Virus record (IMG/VR): IMGVR_UViG_3300045988_172761
Location: 1 to 34,351 of that record
Strand: one strand, 5' to 3'
Origin: a virus
Length of the DNA stretch: 34,351 nt
In this document: positions 26,265-33,827 of the stretch, piece after piece
Layout: every line of letters starts with the position of its first letter
Numbering within the stretch: position 1 is the stretch's first letter
The notes under the pieces: generated by a model
Databases searched by the model: none
What the model was told of the DNA's origin: nothing
The model's input: only the letters and a program-made list of their open reading frames with translations
Made by a program: the position numbers and the translations under genes

Positions 26265-27338
26265 CTATTTCCGGTGCTCTTTCCGAGTGTACTGGCGCTG
26301 CCGCACGTCGTCCGCGTCGTACCCGCGCAGCTCCACCTGGCACAGGTCGCGGAACTGGCAGCCCCGACAGTTCCAGGGGAACATGGAGCGGCGGCTGCCG
26401 CCCTTCGAGGAGCGGCGGACGCCCCACGAGGCGGGAACGACCACCTGATCCCAGATCGCGCGCACGGTCTCGGGGGAGCGCAGCTCGTAGGTCTCGCGGA
26501 ACCACTCCACGTCCGCGAGCTTCCCCTCCATCTCCGCGTAGTCGGCGGGGTCCAGCCCCTGCTGCTCCACGAACGCGCGGTAGTGGGCCCACGTGGTTCG
26601 CACGCGGGCGCGGGACACCCCGCTCTTGGTGAGCGCCGGGTCGGCGGCGGGCACGTTCAGGTGCTGCCAGGTGAGCGTGCCCACCACGTCCGCCCCCATG
26701 CGCTCGCAGGCCCTCATGTACACCGCGTTCTGCAGCGAGAACTGCTCCTCCTCAGGATCCTCCAGCTGCGAGCGAAACTTGTAGTCCACGCACCAGGCGT
26801 GGCCGGTCTCGCGGTCGCGCAGGATCGCGTCGACGTAGCCGTGCAGGCCCTTGGATCCCGCGCAGGGGACCAGGAAGTGCAGCTCCAGGGCGGGGCGCTC
26901 CTGACCGTCGCCGCCGACCACGGTCAGCACCTCCCAGCGCGCGGGGTCGAACTCGGCGAGCGCCTGCCCGAACACCGCGAGCGCGTCCTGGAGGCGCTGC
27001 TGGAACTCCGGCAACTCCTCGGGCAGCAGGTCCACCCCCGACAGGTACCGGTCGTGCTCCTCGCGTATCCGGGCCTCCCCCACGCCGATCAGCTCCCGCA
27101 GGTCGCCGTCGGCGACGGCCCCGTGCTCCACCATCCACGCGTGGCGCATGGCCGCCTCGAACCCGGCGTGGCAGAGCTTGCCGATCGTCAGGTACGGGCG
27201 CTCCACGCGGGGCGCTAGCCCCTCCAGGTAGCCGTACTCCCACCTCTTGGCGCAGGCCATCCAGCTCTGCAGCTGCGTGGCCGACACCATCCCCTCGGGC
27301 GACGCGCCCTCGGGGTACAGGCACTTGGTCTCTCTCAT
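26265..27338 (-). CDS. PD-(D/E)XK exonuclease, Cas4/RecB-like, with C-terminal Cys cluster
   Basis: 357 aa from MRETKCLYPE (RBS aggaggaccgag; ATGA overlap with the PrimPol stop). A nuclease core (DYKF) and a C-terminal C..CxxC..C Cys cluster (MFPWNCRGCQFRDLC) are present. The N-terminal extension in the track is a GC artefact. Confidence 0.65.
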   Translation of the reverse strand: MRETKCLYPEGASPEGMVSATQLQSWMACAKRWEYGYLEGLAPRVERPYLTIGKLCHAGFEAAMRHAWMVEHGAVADGDLRELIGVGEARIREEHDRYLSGVDLLPEELPEFQQRLQDALAVFGQALAEFDPARWEVLTVVGGDGQERPALELHFLVPCAGSKGLHGYVDAILRDRETGHAWCVDYKFRSQLEDPEEEQFSLQNAVYMRACERMGADVVGTLTWQHLNVPAADPALTKSGVSRARVRTTWAHYRAFVEQQGLDPADYAEMEGKLADVEWFRETYELRSPETVRAIWDQVVVPASWGVRRSSKGGSRRSMFPWNCRGCQFRDLCQVELRGYDADDVRQRQYTRKEHRK

Positions 27339-29140
27339 CCCTCGGTCCTCCTGAACTTTCCGTCCGGCATCCTCTCCACCATGCCCGCCGCCTCCAGCTG
27401 CCGGATCTGCCGGGAGACGGTGGACCTGTTCTTGCCCGTGGCCTGGACAAGCTCCGCCTGGGTCATCGGCGACTCGCGGATGATGTCCAGCAGCGAAGCC
27501 TGGGCGGGCTTGCGCTGCCCCTGTCCCGGGGCCGCCTGATAGTCGCGCACGTCCACGCGGTAGCGCATGGGGTGCACCGTGCTGATGTCGAAGGTGAGCG
27601 ACACCGGCGGCTGGTTGCCCATGACCTTCGAGTGCCTGCGCACCACCACCTCGTTGTCGGCTAGGCGCGGGTTGCGTCGGATCTGCCAGCCCGCCTCCAG
27701 GAAGGCGTTCAGGAACTGCGATCCCCACGAGTCCTCGCGGGCCGTGCTGTCGGGGTCGATGTTCTTCCGCGAGTGGTGAGCGATCAAAAACGAGCACCCG
27801 TAGCGGTCGCGCCAGGTCTTGAGCACCATCATCTGATTGGCGAGATCGGCCATGTAGCCGTCCACCGAGGAGGTGGTGGAGTACAGGGGGTCGATCAGCA
27901 CGACCTTGGGGTGGATCGCCTCTATCTGCTTCTCCAGCTCCTCCAGCACACGCTCGTTATCGAACCGCAGCATGCGGGAGGGGTGCACGTAGATCGGCAA
28001 GTCCGGCATGACCGGTATCCTCCACTCGTCGCCGTCGATGTCCTCCAGCGAGCTGGTCTTCTGCTCCACGATCAGCGCCAGGCGGTCGGTCAGGCCCGCA
28101 TGGCTGTCCTCCTGCTGGATGATCATCGTGGGGCCGGGGTCGTTGACGCGGTAGCGCCCAAGGAACGGCACGCCCGCCGACACCGACACCGCCAGGTCGA
28201 GAAGCAGCCAGGTCTTGTAGCTCTCGGGCGGGCTGACCAGGAACGTGATCGACGCGTCCGGCAGCCAGTCGTCCACGAGCCAGTGCACGCCGCCGCCGCC
28301 GTAGCCCTTCACGTAGTCCACCATCCGCATCACGTCGAAGGTCGACCCCTCCGCCCGCTCCTCCGCCGTGCGGTCGTCCTCGAACTGCACGGAGGTGAAC
28401 TGCTCGCCGCCCAGCGCGTGGGACCGCTCGATGGAGCGCACCGTGGTGCGCACCTCACGGGCGGGCATCGGCGGGTCGTTGCGCTCGTTCCACTCCTGCA
28501 GCAGCGCCTCCACGATGTCGCTCTCCAGGCCCTTCTTGAAGAAGTACCCGGCCAGTCGCGCGCACGTGTCGTTGCGCCCTCCCTCGGACACCCCGCGCAG
28601 GGCCTCGGCGATCCAGCCGTCGCCCTCGCGGGAGGAGGGCTGCGCCCGCATGTCCAGCAGCTCGCGCGGGAACGGCCCCGGCGCGCCCTGCTCCACCCAC
28701 TCGTAGCGGTTGCCGCTCGCGTGGCGGGTCGGGGGCAGCACGATGAAGCCGCCGTCGGCGCGCAGGTCCGCGCCCTCGAAGATCCGCACCCGGTTGGAGA
28801 CCCGGCCCACGCCCTGGGGGTAGGAGTAGAACAGGTGATAGCCGCCCGACCCGGTGCGGCTCACCATCCGGGTGGGCCACCTGCGCAGCAACTCCCCCAC
28901 GGGGGTCGGGCAGTCGGCCTCGACGTCCAGCACCACCATGCCGGATACCTTGCCGGTGACCACTCCCACGCCCGCCCCGGTCAGCGCGGCGAACCACTGC
29001 TCGACCTGCCGGCGCGGGGCCCGCTGGTGGGTGTACTGCAGCCAGTTGCCCATGTAGGGGCGCTTCTCGTCCGGGCGCACGGGGAGCACGGACCACCCCC
29101 GGTCCACGTACTCCAGCGCCAGCCTACTCGTCTCGTCCAC
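27335..29140 (-). CDS. bifunctional primase-polymerase (PrimPol N-domain) + P-loop NTPase + C-terminal winged HTH
   Basis: 601 aa. The N-terminus (LPVRPDEKRPY, GGYHLFY) is PrimPol-like. The middle carries a RecA-like P-loop (SPPESYKT) with DxxQ/HH motifs. The C-terminus has a MarR-like wHTH (TQAELVQATGKNRSTVSRQIRQLE). Confidence 0.7.
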   Translation of the reverse strand: MDETSRLALEYVDRGWSVLPVRPDEKRPYMGNWLQYTHQRAPRRQVEQWFAALTGAGVGVVTGKVSGMVVLDVEADCPTPVGELLRRWPTRMVSRTGSGGYHLFYSYPQGVGRVSNRVRIFEGADLRADGGFIVLPPTRHASGNRYEWVEQGAPGPFPRELLDMRAQPSSREGDGWIAEALRGVSEGGRNDTCARLAGYFFKKGLESDIVEALLQEWNERNDPPMPAREVRTTVRSIERSHALGGEQFTSVQFEDDRTAEERAEGSTFDVMRMVDYVKGYGGGGVHWLVDDWLPDASITFLVSPPESYKTWLLLDLAVSVSAGVPFLGRYRVNDPGPTMIIQQEDSHAGLTDRLALIVEQKTSSLEDIDGDEWRIPVMPDLPIYVHPSRMLRFDNERVLEELEKQIEAIHPKVVLIDPLYSTTSSVDGYMADLANQMMVLKTWRDRYGCSFLIAHHSRKNIDPDSTAREDSWGSQFLNAFLEAGWQIRRNPRLADNEVVVRRHSKVMGNQPPVSLTFDISTVHPMRYRVDVRDYQAAPGQGQRKPAQASLLDIIRESPMTQAELVQATGKNRSTVSRQIRQLEAAGMVERMPDGKFRRTEG

Positions 29141-29360
29141 TGCCTACCTCCGCAGGGTCCACGAAGATCTCGTAGGTGTGCACCTTGTACACCCCGGCGT
29201 ACTTCTCGATCGCGTCCTGGCTCAGGCCCCGGCTGCAGTTCTCGTGGCGCGAGATCGCGGCCACCGAGATGCCGGTGAGCGTGGACACCTCATCCTGCGT
29301 CAGGCGCGAGCGGTCGCGCAGCTCGCGCAGCCTGTTGCGGGGGGCCCCGTTGTCCTTCAT
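29124..29360 (-). CDS. XRE-family HTH transcriptional regulator (Cro/CI-type fold)
   Basis: 78 aa from MKDNG with RBS agaggagagag. The HTH reads LTQDEVSTLTGISVAAISRHEN. Confidence 0.65.
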   Translation of the reverse strand: MKDNGAPRNRLRELRDRSRLTQDEVSTLTGISVAAISRHENCSRGLSQDAIEKYAGVYKVHTYEIFVDPAEVGSGRDE

Positions 29361-29381
29361 ACTCTCTCCTCTCTGATCGGT

Positions 29382-29406
29382 TGCACCGTTGCACCGTTGC
29401 AACGAC
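29382..29406. promoter_or_regulatory. three direct TGCAAC repeats (TGCAAC-GG-TGCAAC-GG-TGCAAC on the minus strand) at the transcription start / 5' UTR of the XRE gene; candidate operator
   Basis: On the plus strand: gttgcaccgttgcaccgttgcaacg. The same hexamer populates the two late intergenic regions. Confidence 0.4.
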
Positions 29407-29436
29407 ATTGTATAAACGCGTCAAGTCGACTGTCAA
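29407..29436 (-). promoter_or_regulatory. sigma70-type promoter TTGACA-N18-TACAAT for the XRE gene and downstream operon
   Basis: -35 at 29431..29436, -10 at 29407..29412. Confidence 0.45.
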
Positions 29437-29441
29437 GTGGT

Positions 29442-30872
29442 CTATTTCCTCATATACCCGAAGTCGAAGCTACCGTCGCGCACCGCGTCGATCACGTCCC
29501 TCTTGGCCCGGAGGCTCGCGTACACGCCCTCGTCCACGGTCCCCTCGGCCACCAGGTGCACGAACTGCGCAGGGCGCGACTGTCCCGGGCGGCGTATGCG
29601 GGCGCGGCTCTGCTCGTAGAGCGCAAGCGAGTGCGGCAGCGACCAGTACAGCGCGCGACTGGAGGCGGTGAGGTCCACCCCCTCGGCCCCGGCCTGTATC
29701 TGGACGGCCAGGAGGCCGCCCTCGGAGGCCCCCCACTCGTCGGCCCGGTGCTCGCGCCCGGACAGCTCGAAGAAGGGCCTCCCGAGGGCCTCCGAGAGCC
29801 TCCGAGAGGCGTCCAAGTCATGCGTGAACGTGCAGAACACCACCAGCCGGTCGCCCGGGGGCAGGTCGCGCGCCCAGTCCAGCGCCGCGTCGTACTTGGC
29901 CGCGTTCAGCTCGCGCAGCTCCCCCGCCTCGCCCGGGCCGGGCTGGACCTCGCAGAACCCGGAGGTGATCTGCTGCATGCGCAGCAGCCGCACCAGTACG
30001 TTGCTCGCGGTGGCGAACCCGCCCCCGCACTCGGCCACGAAGTCGCGCTGGAGGTCCCGCAGCGCCCGCATGTCGCGGGAGGGGAGGCTCACCGGAAGCA
30101 CCTGGTCGGGCAGGGCGTCGGGCAGCTTGGCGCGGTCGGCCACGTCCTCCAGGCTGCATGTGTAGGCGATCGAGCGGAAGCGGCCCATGAGGTCCCGCTG
30201 GTTCTTGTACCCGACGATGAAGTTGCGATCGGGCCCGCCCATCACGGCGTAGGCCTGCAGGAAGCGCTCGTGGTTGGTGCCGAAGATCGAGCGGTCGAGG
30301 AAGCGGTACTGGCCGTACACGTCGAGGGGCGAGTTCGCCATGGGCGTGCCCGACAGGCACAGGCGGTAGCGCACGCGCCTGCCGAGCATCGCCAGGTACT
30401 TGGACACCTTCGAGCCCGCCGCCTTGGCGCGGTGGCTCTCGTCGAGCACCACCATCTGCAGCATGCCCCGCTCCGCCACCTGGCACAGCAAGTCCCCGAG
30501 CGGGGCCCTCCACACCGACTCGTAGTTGACTATGAACGCCTGGACGGCCCCCACGCGGTCGTGCCCACGGGTCAGGGCGTCGCGGGCCCGGTCGGCGAAC
30601 GCCCGGACCGTCTCGCCCGGGCGCTTGCACACGACCCTCCAGCAGCGGCCCGTGGCCGGCCCGAACCGCTCCACCTGCCGCAGCCACACCGGCACCACGG
30701 CCTTGGGGCACACCACGAGCACCTTGACCACGTCCGGGCGCGCGCCCATGACCTCGATCGCCACGCGGGTCTTGCCGCACCCCATGCCCATGTCTAGCAT
30801 GGTCGCCGGGCGCGCGAGGGCGAACTCGACGGCCTCGGCCTGCGCGGGCCAGAGGGGAGGGACCTCAGCCAT
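29442..30872 (-). CDS. SNF2-family DEAD/DEAH-box helicase
   Basis: 477 aa from MAEVPPLWPAQ with RBS ggggagggg. Walker A is GMGCGKT, DEAH-type motif VLDESHRAK, plus a C-terminal helicase domain. The track's upstream extension is rejected. Confidence 0.8.
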   Translation of the reverse strand: MAEVPPLWPAQAEAVEFALARPATMLDMGMGCGKTRVAIEVMGARPDVVKVLVVCPKAVVPVWLRQVERFGPATGRCWRVVCKRPGETVRAFADRARDALTRGHDRVGAVQAFIVNYESVWRAPLGDLLCQVAERGMLQMVVLDESHRAKAAGSKVSKYLAMLGRRVRYRLCLSGTPMANSPLDVYGQYRFLDRSIFGTNHERFLQAYAVMGGPDRNFIVGYKNQRDLMGRFRSIAYTCSLEDVADRAKLPDALPDQVLPVSLPSRDMRALRDLQRDFVAECGGGFATASNVLVRLLRMQQITSGFCEVQPGPGEAGELRELNAAKYDAALDWARDLPPGDRLVVFCTFTHDLDASRRLSEALGRPFFELSGREHRADEWGASEGGLLAVQIQAGAEGVDLTASSRALYWSLPHSLALYEQSRARIRRPGQSRPAQFVHLVAEGTVDEGVYASLRAKRDVIDAVRDGSFDFGYMRK

Positions 30873-30903
30873 TCCGCACCCCTCCCCGTACGCCTCGCGG
30901 CGC

Positions 30904-31425
30904 TTATTGTTGCCGGTCATCCGCGCCCACCTCCGCGAGCACCTTGGCCCGGCGCACGATGTCGACGGCCATCGCCGCAACCCGTCCGTCGCGCCCGGGG
31001 ACGGTGCCGCGCTTCTCCAGGTAGGCTCTCGGCGCAAGCTTCGCGTCCTCCTCCAGCTTCTCCCAGCTATCGGGGCGCGTGAGGTGGAGGTTACTCACGT
31101 CGGCATACCTCATACCACCGTCCTTGTTTGTGCAGGAAGCCCGCCATTGCATTGCGTAAGGTTCGTTCCAGAGCTTGAAAATGCTGACTTCCAACTCTCT
31201 TCCGTCGTCTCCGTACATCACCTTCGTAGTTAGCGGCACGACCTCGCCGTCCGCGTCCCTTGGCGCGGGCACGCCCTTGGCCCATGACGAGTTCTCGAGC
31301 TCGGCCTCGATCTCGCGGCACAGCCTGTCGGCGCCGTCGATCGACAGCTCGAACTGGCCGCTTCCGCACGTCGCCTGATTCGTGATCGCCTGGCGCAGGC
31401 GCGCCGCGCCGGTCCTCTCCTCCAT
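30904..31425 (-). CDS. hypothetical protein; contains a low-GC patch (~31090-31260)
   Basis: 173 aa ORF with coding-like composition. Confidence 0.4.
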   Translation of the reverse strand: MEERTGAARLRQAITNQATCGSGQFELSIDGADRLCREIEAELENSSWAKGVPAPRDADGEVVPLTTKVMYGDDGRELEVSIFKLWNEPYAMQWRASCTNKDGGMRYADVSNLHLTRPDSWEKLEEDAKLAPRAYLEKRGTVPGRDGRVAAMAVDIVRRAKVLAEVGADDRQQ

Positions 31426-31426
31426 G

Positions 31427-31615
31427 TCAGTCCTCCCTCTCCTCCGCCGCGTCCCGCAGCGCGCAGTCGACCGCCGCGACCAGCAGGGGCAGCAGCAGCG
31501 CCCCGTACTCGCCGCCCACGGCCCAGTACCCCCGGTCCGCGTAGGCGATCGCCGACCACCACGCGAACAGCGCGACCGCCGCGACGCAGCTCAGCCCGTA
31601 CACTACCTTCCTCAT
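31427..31615 (-). CDS. small membrane protein (two predicted TM helices)
   Basis: 62 aa (VVYGLSCVAAVALFAWW ... LLLPLLVAAV). Confidence 0.35.
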   Translation of the reverse strand: MRKVVYGLSCVAAVALFAWWSAIAYADRGYWAVGGEYGALLLPLLVAAVDCALRDAAEERED

Positions 31616-31629
31616 CCCGGTCTCCTTCC

Positions 31630-31842
31630 CTAGAGTATGAACGCGTCCGTGCCCATGCCGTCCGCCCAGTTGTGGACGAGCTCGCGGGCGATGTCGTAGC
31701 CCGGCTGCGGGGCCAGGCCCTCACTGGCCAGGCGGTCCATGGCCTCGCGCACCTGGAACTCGCGCGGGGTCCCGACCGCCCGCACGACCCTGCCCTCCGG
31801 GTCGCGGTACACGTAAAGGATCCTCTTCCTGCTCTCCGCCAC
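31630..31842 (-). CDS. hypothetical protein
   Basis: 70 aa, tightly packed in the early operon. Confidence 0.35.
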   Translation of the reverse strand: MAESRKRILYVYRDPEGRVVRAVGTPREFQVREAMDRLASEGLAPQPGYDIARELVHNWADGMGTDAFIL

Positions 31843-31844
31843 GG

Positions 31845-32069
31845 CTACTCCTCCTCGAACTCAAAGAAGTCCAGCGGGCGATCCGCGTCCTCCCCGCCGG
31901 GCCAGTACTGGTTGCTGAACCCGACGGCCGGGCGGTCCTCGCCCCGCCTCGGGTACAGCGCCAGGCTCAGGTACCCGCTGGTGCCGCCGTACTCCTCGAC
32001 CACTCCCCGGACCTCGCGCAGCAGCCCGGCGATCCGGGCCTCGGCCTCCTCCCTCTCCACGTCACTCAC
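31845..32069 (-). CDS. hypothetical acidic protein
   Basis: 74 aa. Confidence 0.3.
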   Translation of the reverse strand: MSDVEREEAEARIAGLLREVRGVVEEYGGTSGYLSLALYPRRGEDRPAVGFSNQYWPGGEDADRPLDFFEFEEE

Positions 32070-32517
32070 CTCCCGTCGGCTGCACCGCGCACGCGCGCGG
32101 ATCCTCCCTGCGCCCCTGCGCCAGGGCGCAGTCGGCGCTGCGGGCGATCACCGCCCGGGGCACCATCCCGCTGCCCGGGCACCACACCCTCCAGCGGCGC
32201 GGGGCGTCCGTCGCGGCGCTCACCGCCGCGCGCCACCCGCGATCGCGGTAGCGCCGGGCCCGCGCGCAGGCCTCGGCGTAGCCGGGCTCGCGGACCTCGA
32301 ACACGGGCTCCCCCGCTCTCGGCGGGACGACCTCCACCACGTACTCCATCGCTACCCCCTCCTTCTCCAGGTCGTCGTCCAGGTCGTGGTCGGGCACCCA
32401 CACGCCCGACCCGGCGAGCCTCCACGCCCACCCGCGCCACACCCGGAGGCCCGCCGCCTCCGCCCTGCGGGCCGCCCGGTTGCGGCGCCCCAGGTACTCC
32501 CTCAGATCCTTCCTCAT
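32062..32517 (-). CDS. hypothetical protein
   Basis: 151 aa with RBS gggaggagagg, downstream of promoter 32544..32572. Confidence 0.4.
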   Translation of the reverse strand: MRKDLREYLGRRNRAARRAEAAGLRVWRGWAWRLAGSGVWVPDHDLDDDLEKEGVAMEYVVEVVPPRAGEPVFEVREPGYAEACARARRYRDRGWRAAVSAATDAPRRWRVWCPGSGMVPRAVIARSADCALAQGRREDPRACAVQPTGGE

Positions 32518-32543
32518 GTCCTCTCCTCCCTGTCGGCGAGACC

Positions 32544-32572
32544 ATCATAGCACGTGTGGGCGGGGTTGTCAA
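32544..32572 (-). promoter_or_regulatory. sigma70-type promoter TTGACA-N17-TATGAT overlapping the palindrome TGTCAAG-N6-CTTGACA, within a GGGGCGG...CCGCCCC hairpin (32556..32598)
   Basis: -35 at 32567..32572, -10 at 32544..32549. The flanking GC inverted repeat may also terminate the upstream gene's transcript. Confidence 0.45.
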
Positions 32573-32603
32573 GTACTCTCTTGACAGACTCCGCCCCACG
32601 GCC

Positions 32604-33224
32604 TCAGCAGCCAGGCAGGCGGTACCCCGCCGCGCGCAGCACCTGCTCGCCCCTCTCGGTGAGGCGCATGGCCTTCGCCCTCCGCGAGCGCCCGGTCGCG
32701 CCGTCCTCGCGCGGCTCGGCCCAGACCCGGATCAGGCCCTTCTCGCGCAGGGTGCTGACCATCGCGCCGAAGGGCATGCCGCCGACGCCCATCTCGTCGA
32801 GCAGCACGTCGGTCCACACGGTGCCGTCGCCCCCGGCCCAGCAGGGGCAGCCGCCCGCGGCCCGCAGGAACTCGCACTGCCGCGCGGTCAGCGTCACGCC
32901 CGACGGCGCGTGCTCGAAGGCCACGTCGCGGCTGCGGCGCCCGCGCGGGCGCCCCTCCCGGGCCCCCGAGGCCCCCCCGTCGGCCCCGGGCGCGGGGTCC
33001 GGCACCTGGGCCGGGGCGGCGTCCCCGCGGGCCCCGGAGGCCGCCCCGGAGGCCTCGTCGGCCACCCTCGCCAGGCGCGCGCCCAGCTCCTCGTAGTGCG
33101 CCCCGCGCGCCTCGTCGAACTCGGCGCGGGACACGCGCCTGCCGTCCCGGAAGCAGTAGCCGCCCCGCGTCCTGCGCCACCTGCTGCCGCCCTGCTCGAA
33201 CGTTACCTCCGCCTGCTGTGCCAT
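32604..33224 (-). CDS. hypothetical protein, first substantial early gene
   Basis: 206 aa with RBS ggaggacgac. Contains GGCPCWAGG. No recognisable domain. Confidence 0.45.
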   Translation of the reverse strand: MAQQAEVTFEQGGSRWRRTRGGYCFRDGRRVSRAEFDEARGAHYEELGARLARVADEASGAASGARGDAAPAQVPDPAPGADGGASGAREGRPRGRRSRDVAFEHAPSGVTLTARQCEFLRAAGGCPCWAGGDGTVWTDVLLDEMGVGGMPFGAMVSTLREKGLIRVWAEPREDGATGRSRRAKAMRLTERGEQVLRAAGYRLPGC

Positions 33225-33233
33225 GTCGTCCTC

Positions 33234-33329
33234 CTATCCCGCGCGCCCCGTCATGCAGCGCCTGGTGCGCCCGGACACGCGGCGCGGGCTGTCCTTGACT
33301 ACCACCCTGAACTGCCTGTAGTTCCCCAT
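33234..33329 (-). CDS. possible 31-aa basic leader peptide / small protein (MGNYRQFRVVVKDSPRRVSGRTRRCMTGRAG)
   Basis: A strong RBS ggagggagg sits 6 nt before the ATG, directly after promoter 33371..33399. Confidence 0.25.
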   Translation of the reverse strand: MGNYRQFRVVVKDSPRRVSGRTRRCMTGRAG

Positions 33330-33370
33330 CTCGGGCCTCCCTCCTGTCAACTTCCCTCTTGACATAAATA

Positions 33371-33399
33371 ATCGTACCATGCCCGCAGGACATTGTCAA
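33371..33399 (-). promoter_or_regulatory. sigma70-type promoter TTGACA-N17-TACGAT driving the leftward early operon, embedded in TGTCAAG-N6-CTTGACA and TGTCAA-N8-TTGACA inverted repeats (33345..33412)
   Basis: -35 at 33394..33399, -10 at 33371..33376. A divergent TTGACA is also present on the plus strand. Confidence 0.45.
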
Positions 33400-33439
33400 G
33401 TCTCGACTTGACACTTCTACACAAGGTCTACACACGCCG

Positions 33440-33827
33440 ACCAGCAGCGGACGGGGCGCGTTGCATTGCACCGTTGCGCGGTGTTGCACCGGTGCACGCG
33501 CGGCCCCGGGAGGGGTCGTCGCGCGCCCTCGCGTTGCTACAATGCAACAGAGAATGCAACGCGACATGCTCTCTTGACACCTGTCAACGCCCGCGAGCGC
33601 CCCGCACGCCCTCCGACCTGGGGCGCCTCCACGCACTGTCAAGTGTTGCATGATTGCACACCGCGTTGGTTGCGTGTGTTGCATTGCATTGCAATCCCCT
33701 TGGGGATGCAATGCAATGCAACACGCAACGCCGGCCGTGCAACGGCGCACGCGCGGGGTGGACGGGGCGGCGCGGGCGTGTTACAATGCGGGGAGAGCGC
33801 AGAGAGGAGGTGGGCGCGCTGCCCTAC
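33440..33827 (+). promoter_or_regulatory. non-coding region with ~15 TGCAAC/GTTGCA repeats, a TTGACA-CC-TGTCAA palindrome, a 49-bp hairpin (33666..33714) and an extended -10 TGTTACAAT (33779..33787); putative activator-dependent late promoter upstream of terS
   Basis: The architecture parallels 5127..5474. It also contains gttgctacaatgcaac and gtgcacgcgcg elements shared with that region. Confidence 0.5.
33666..33714. repeat. near-perfect inverted repeat (gtgttgcattgcattgcaatcccc tt ggggatgcaatgcaatgcaacac; one bulged base)
   Basis: Verified by reverse-complementing the arms. Confidence 0.8.

Noticed and set aside
29442-31037. SNF2 helicase starting at 31037
   Set aside because: The upstream extension overlaps the preceding gene and is low-complexity. 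An RBS plus ATG at 30872 directly precedes the conserved Q-motif/Walker A region.
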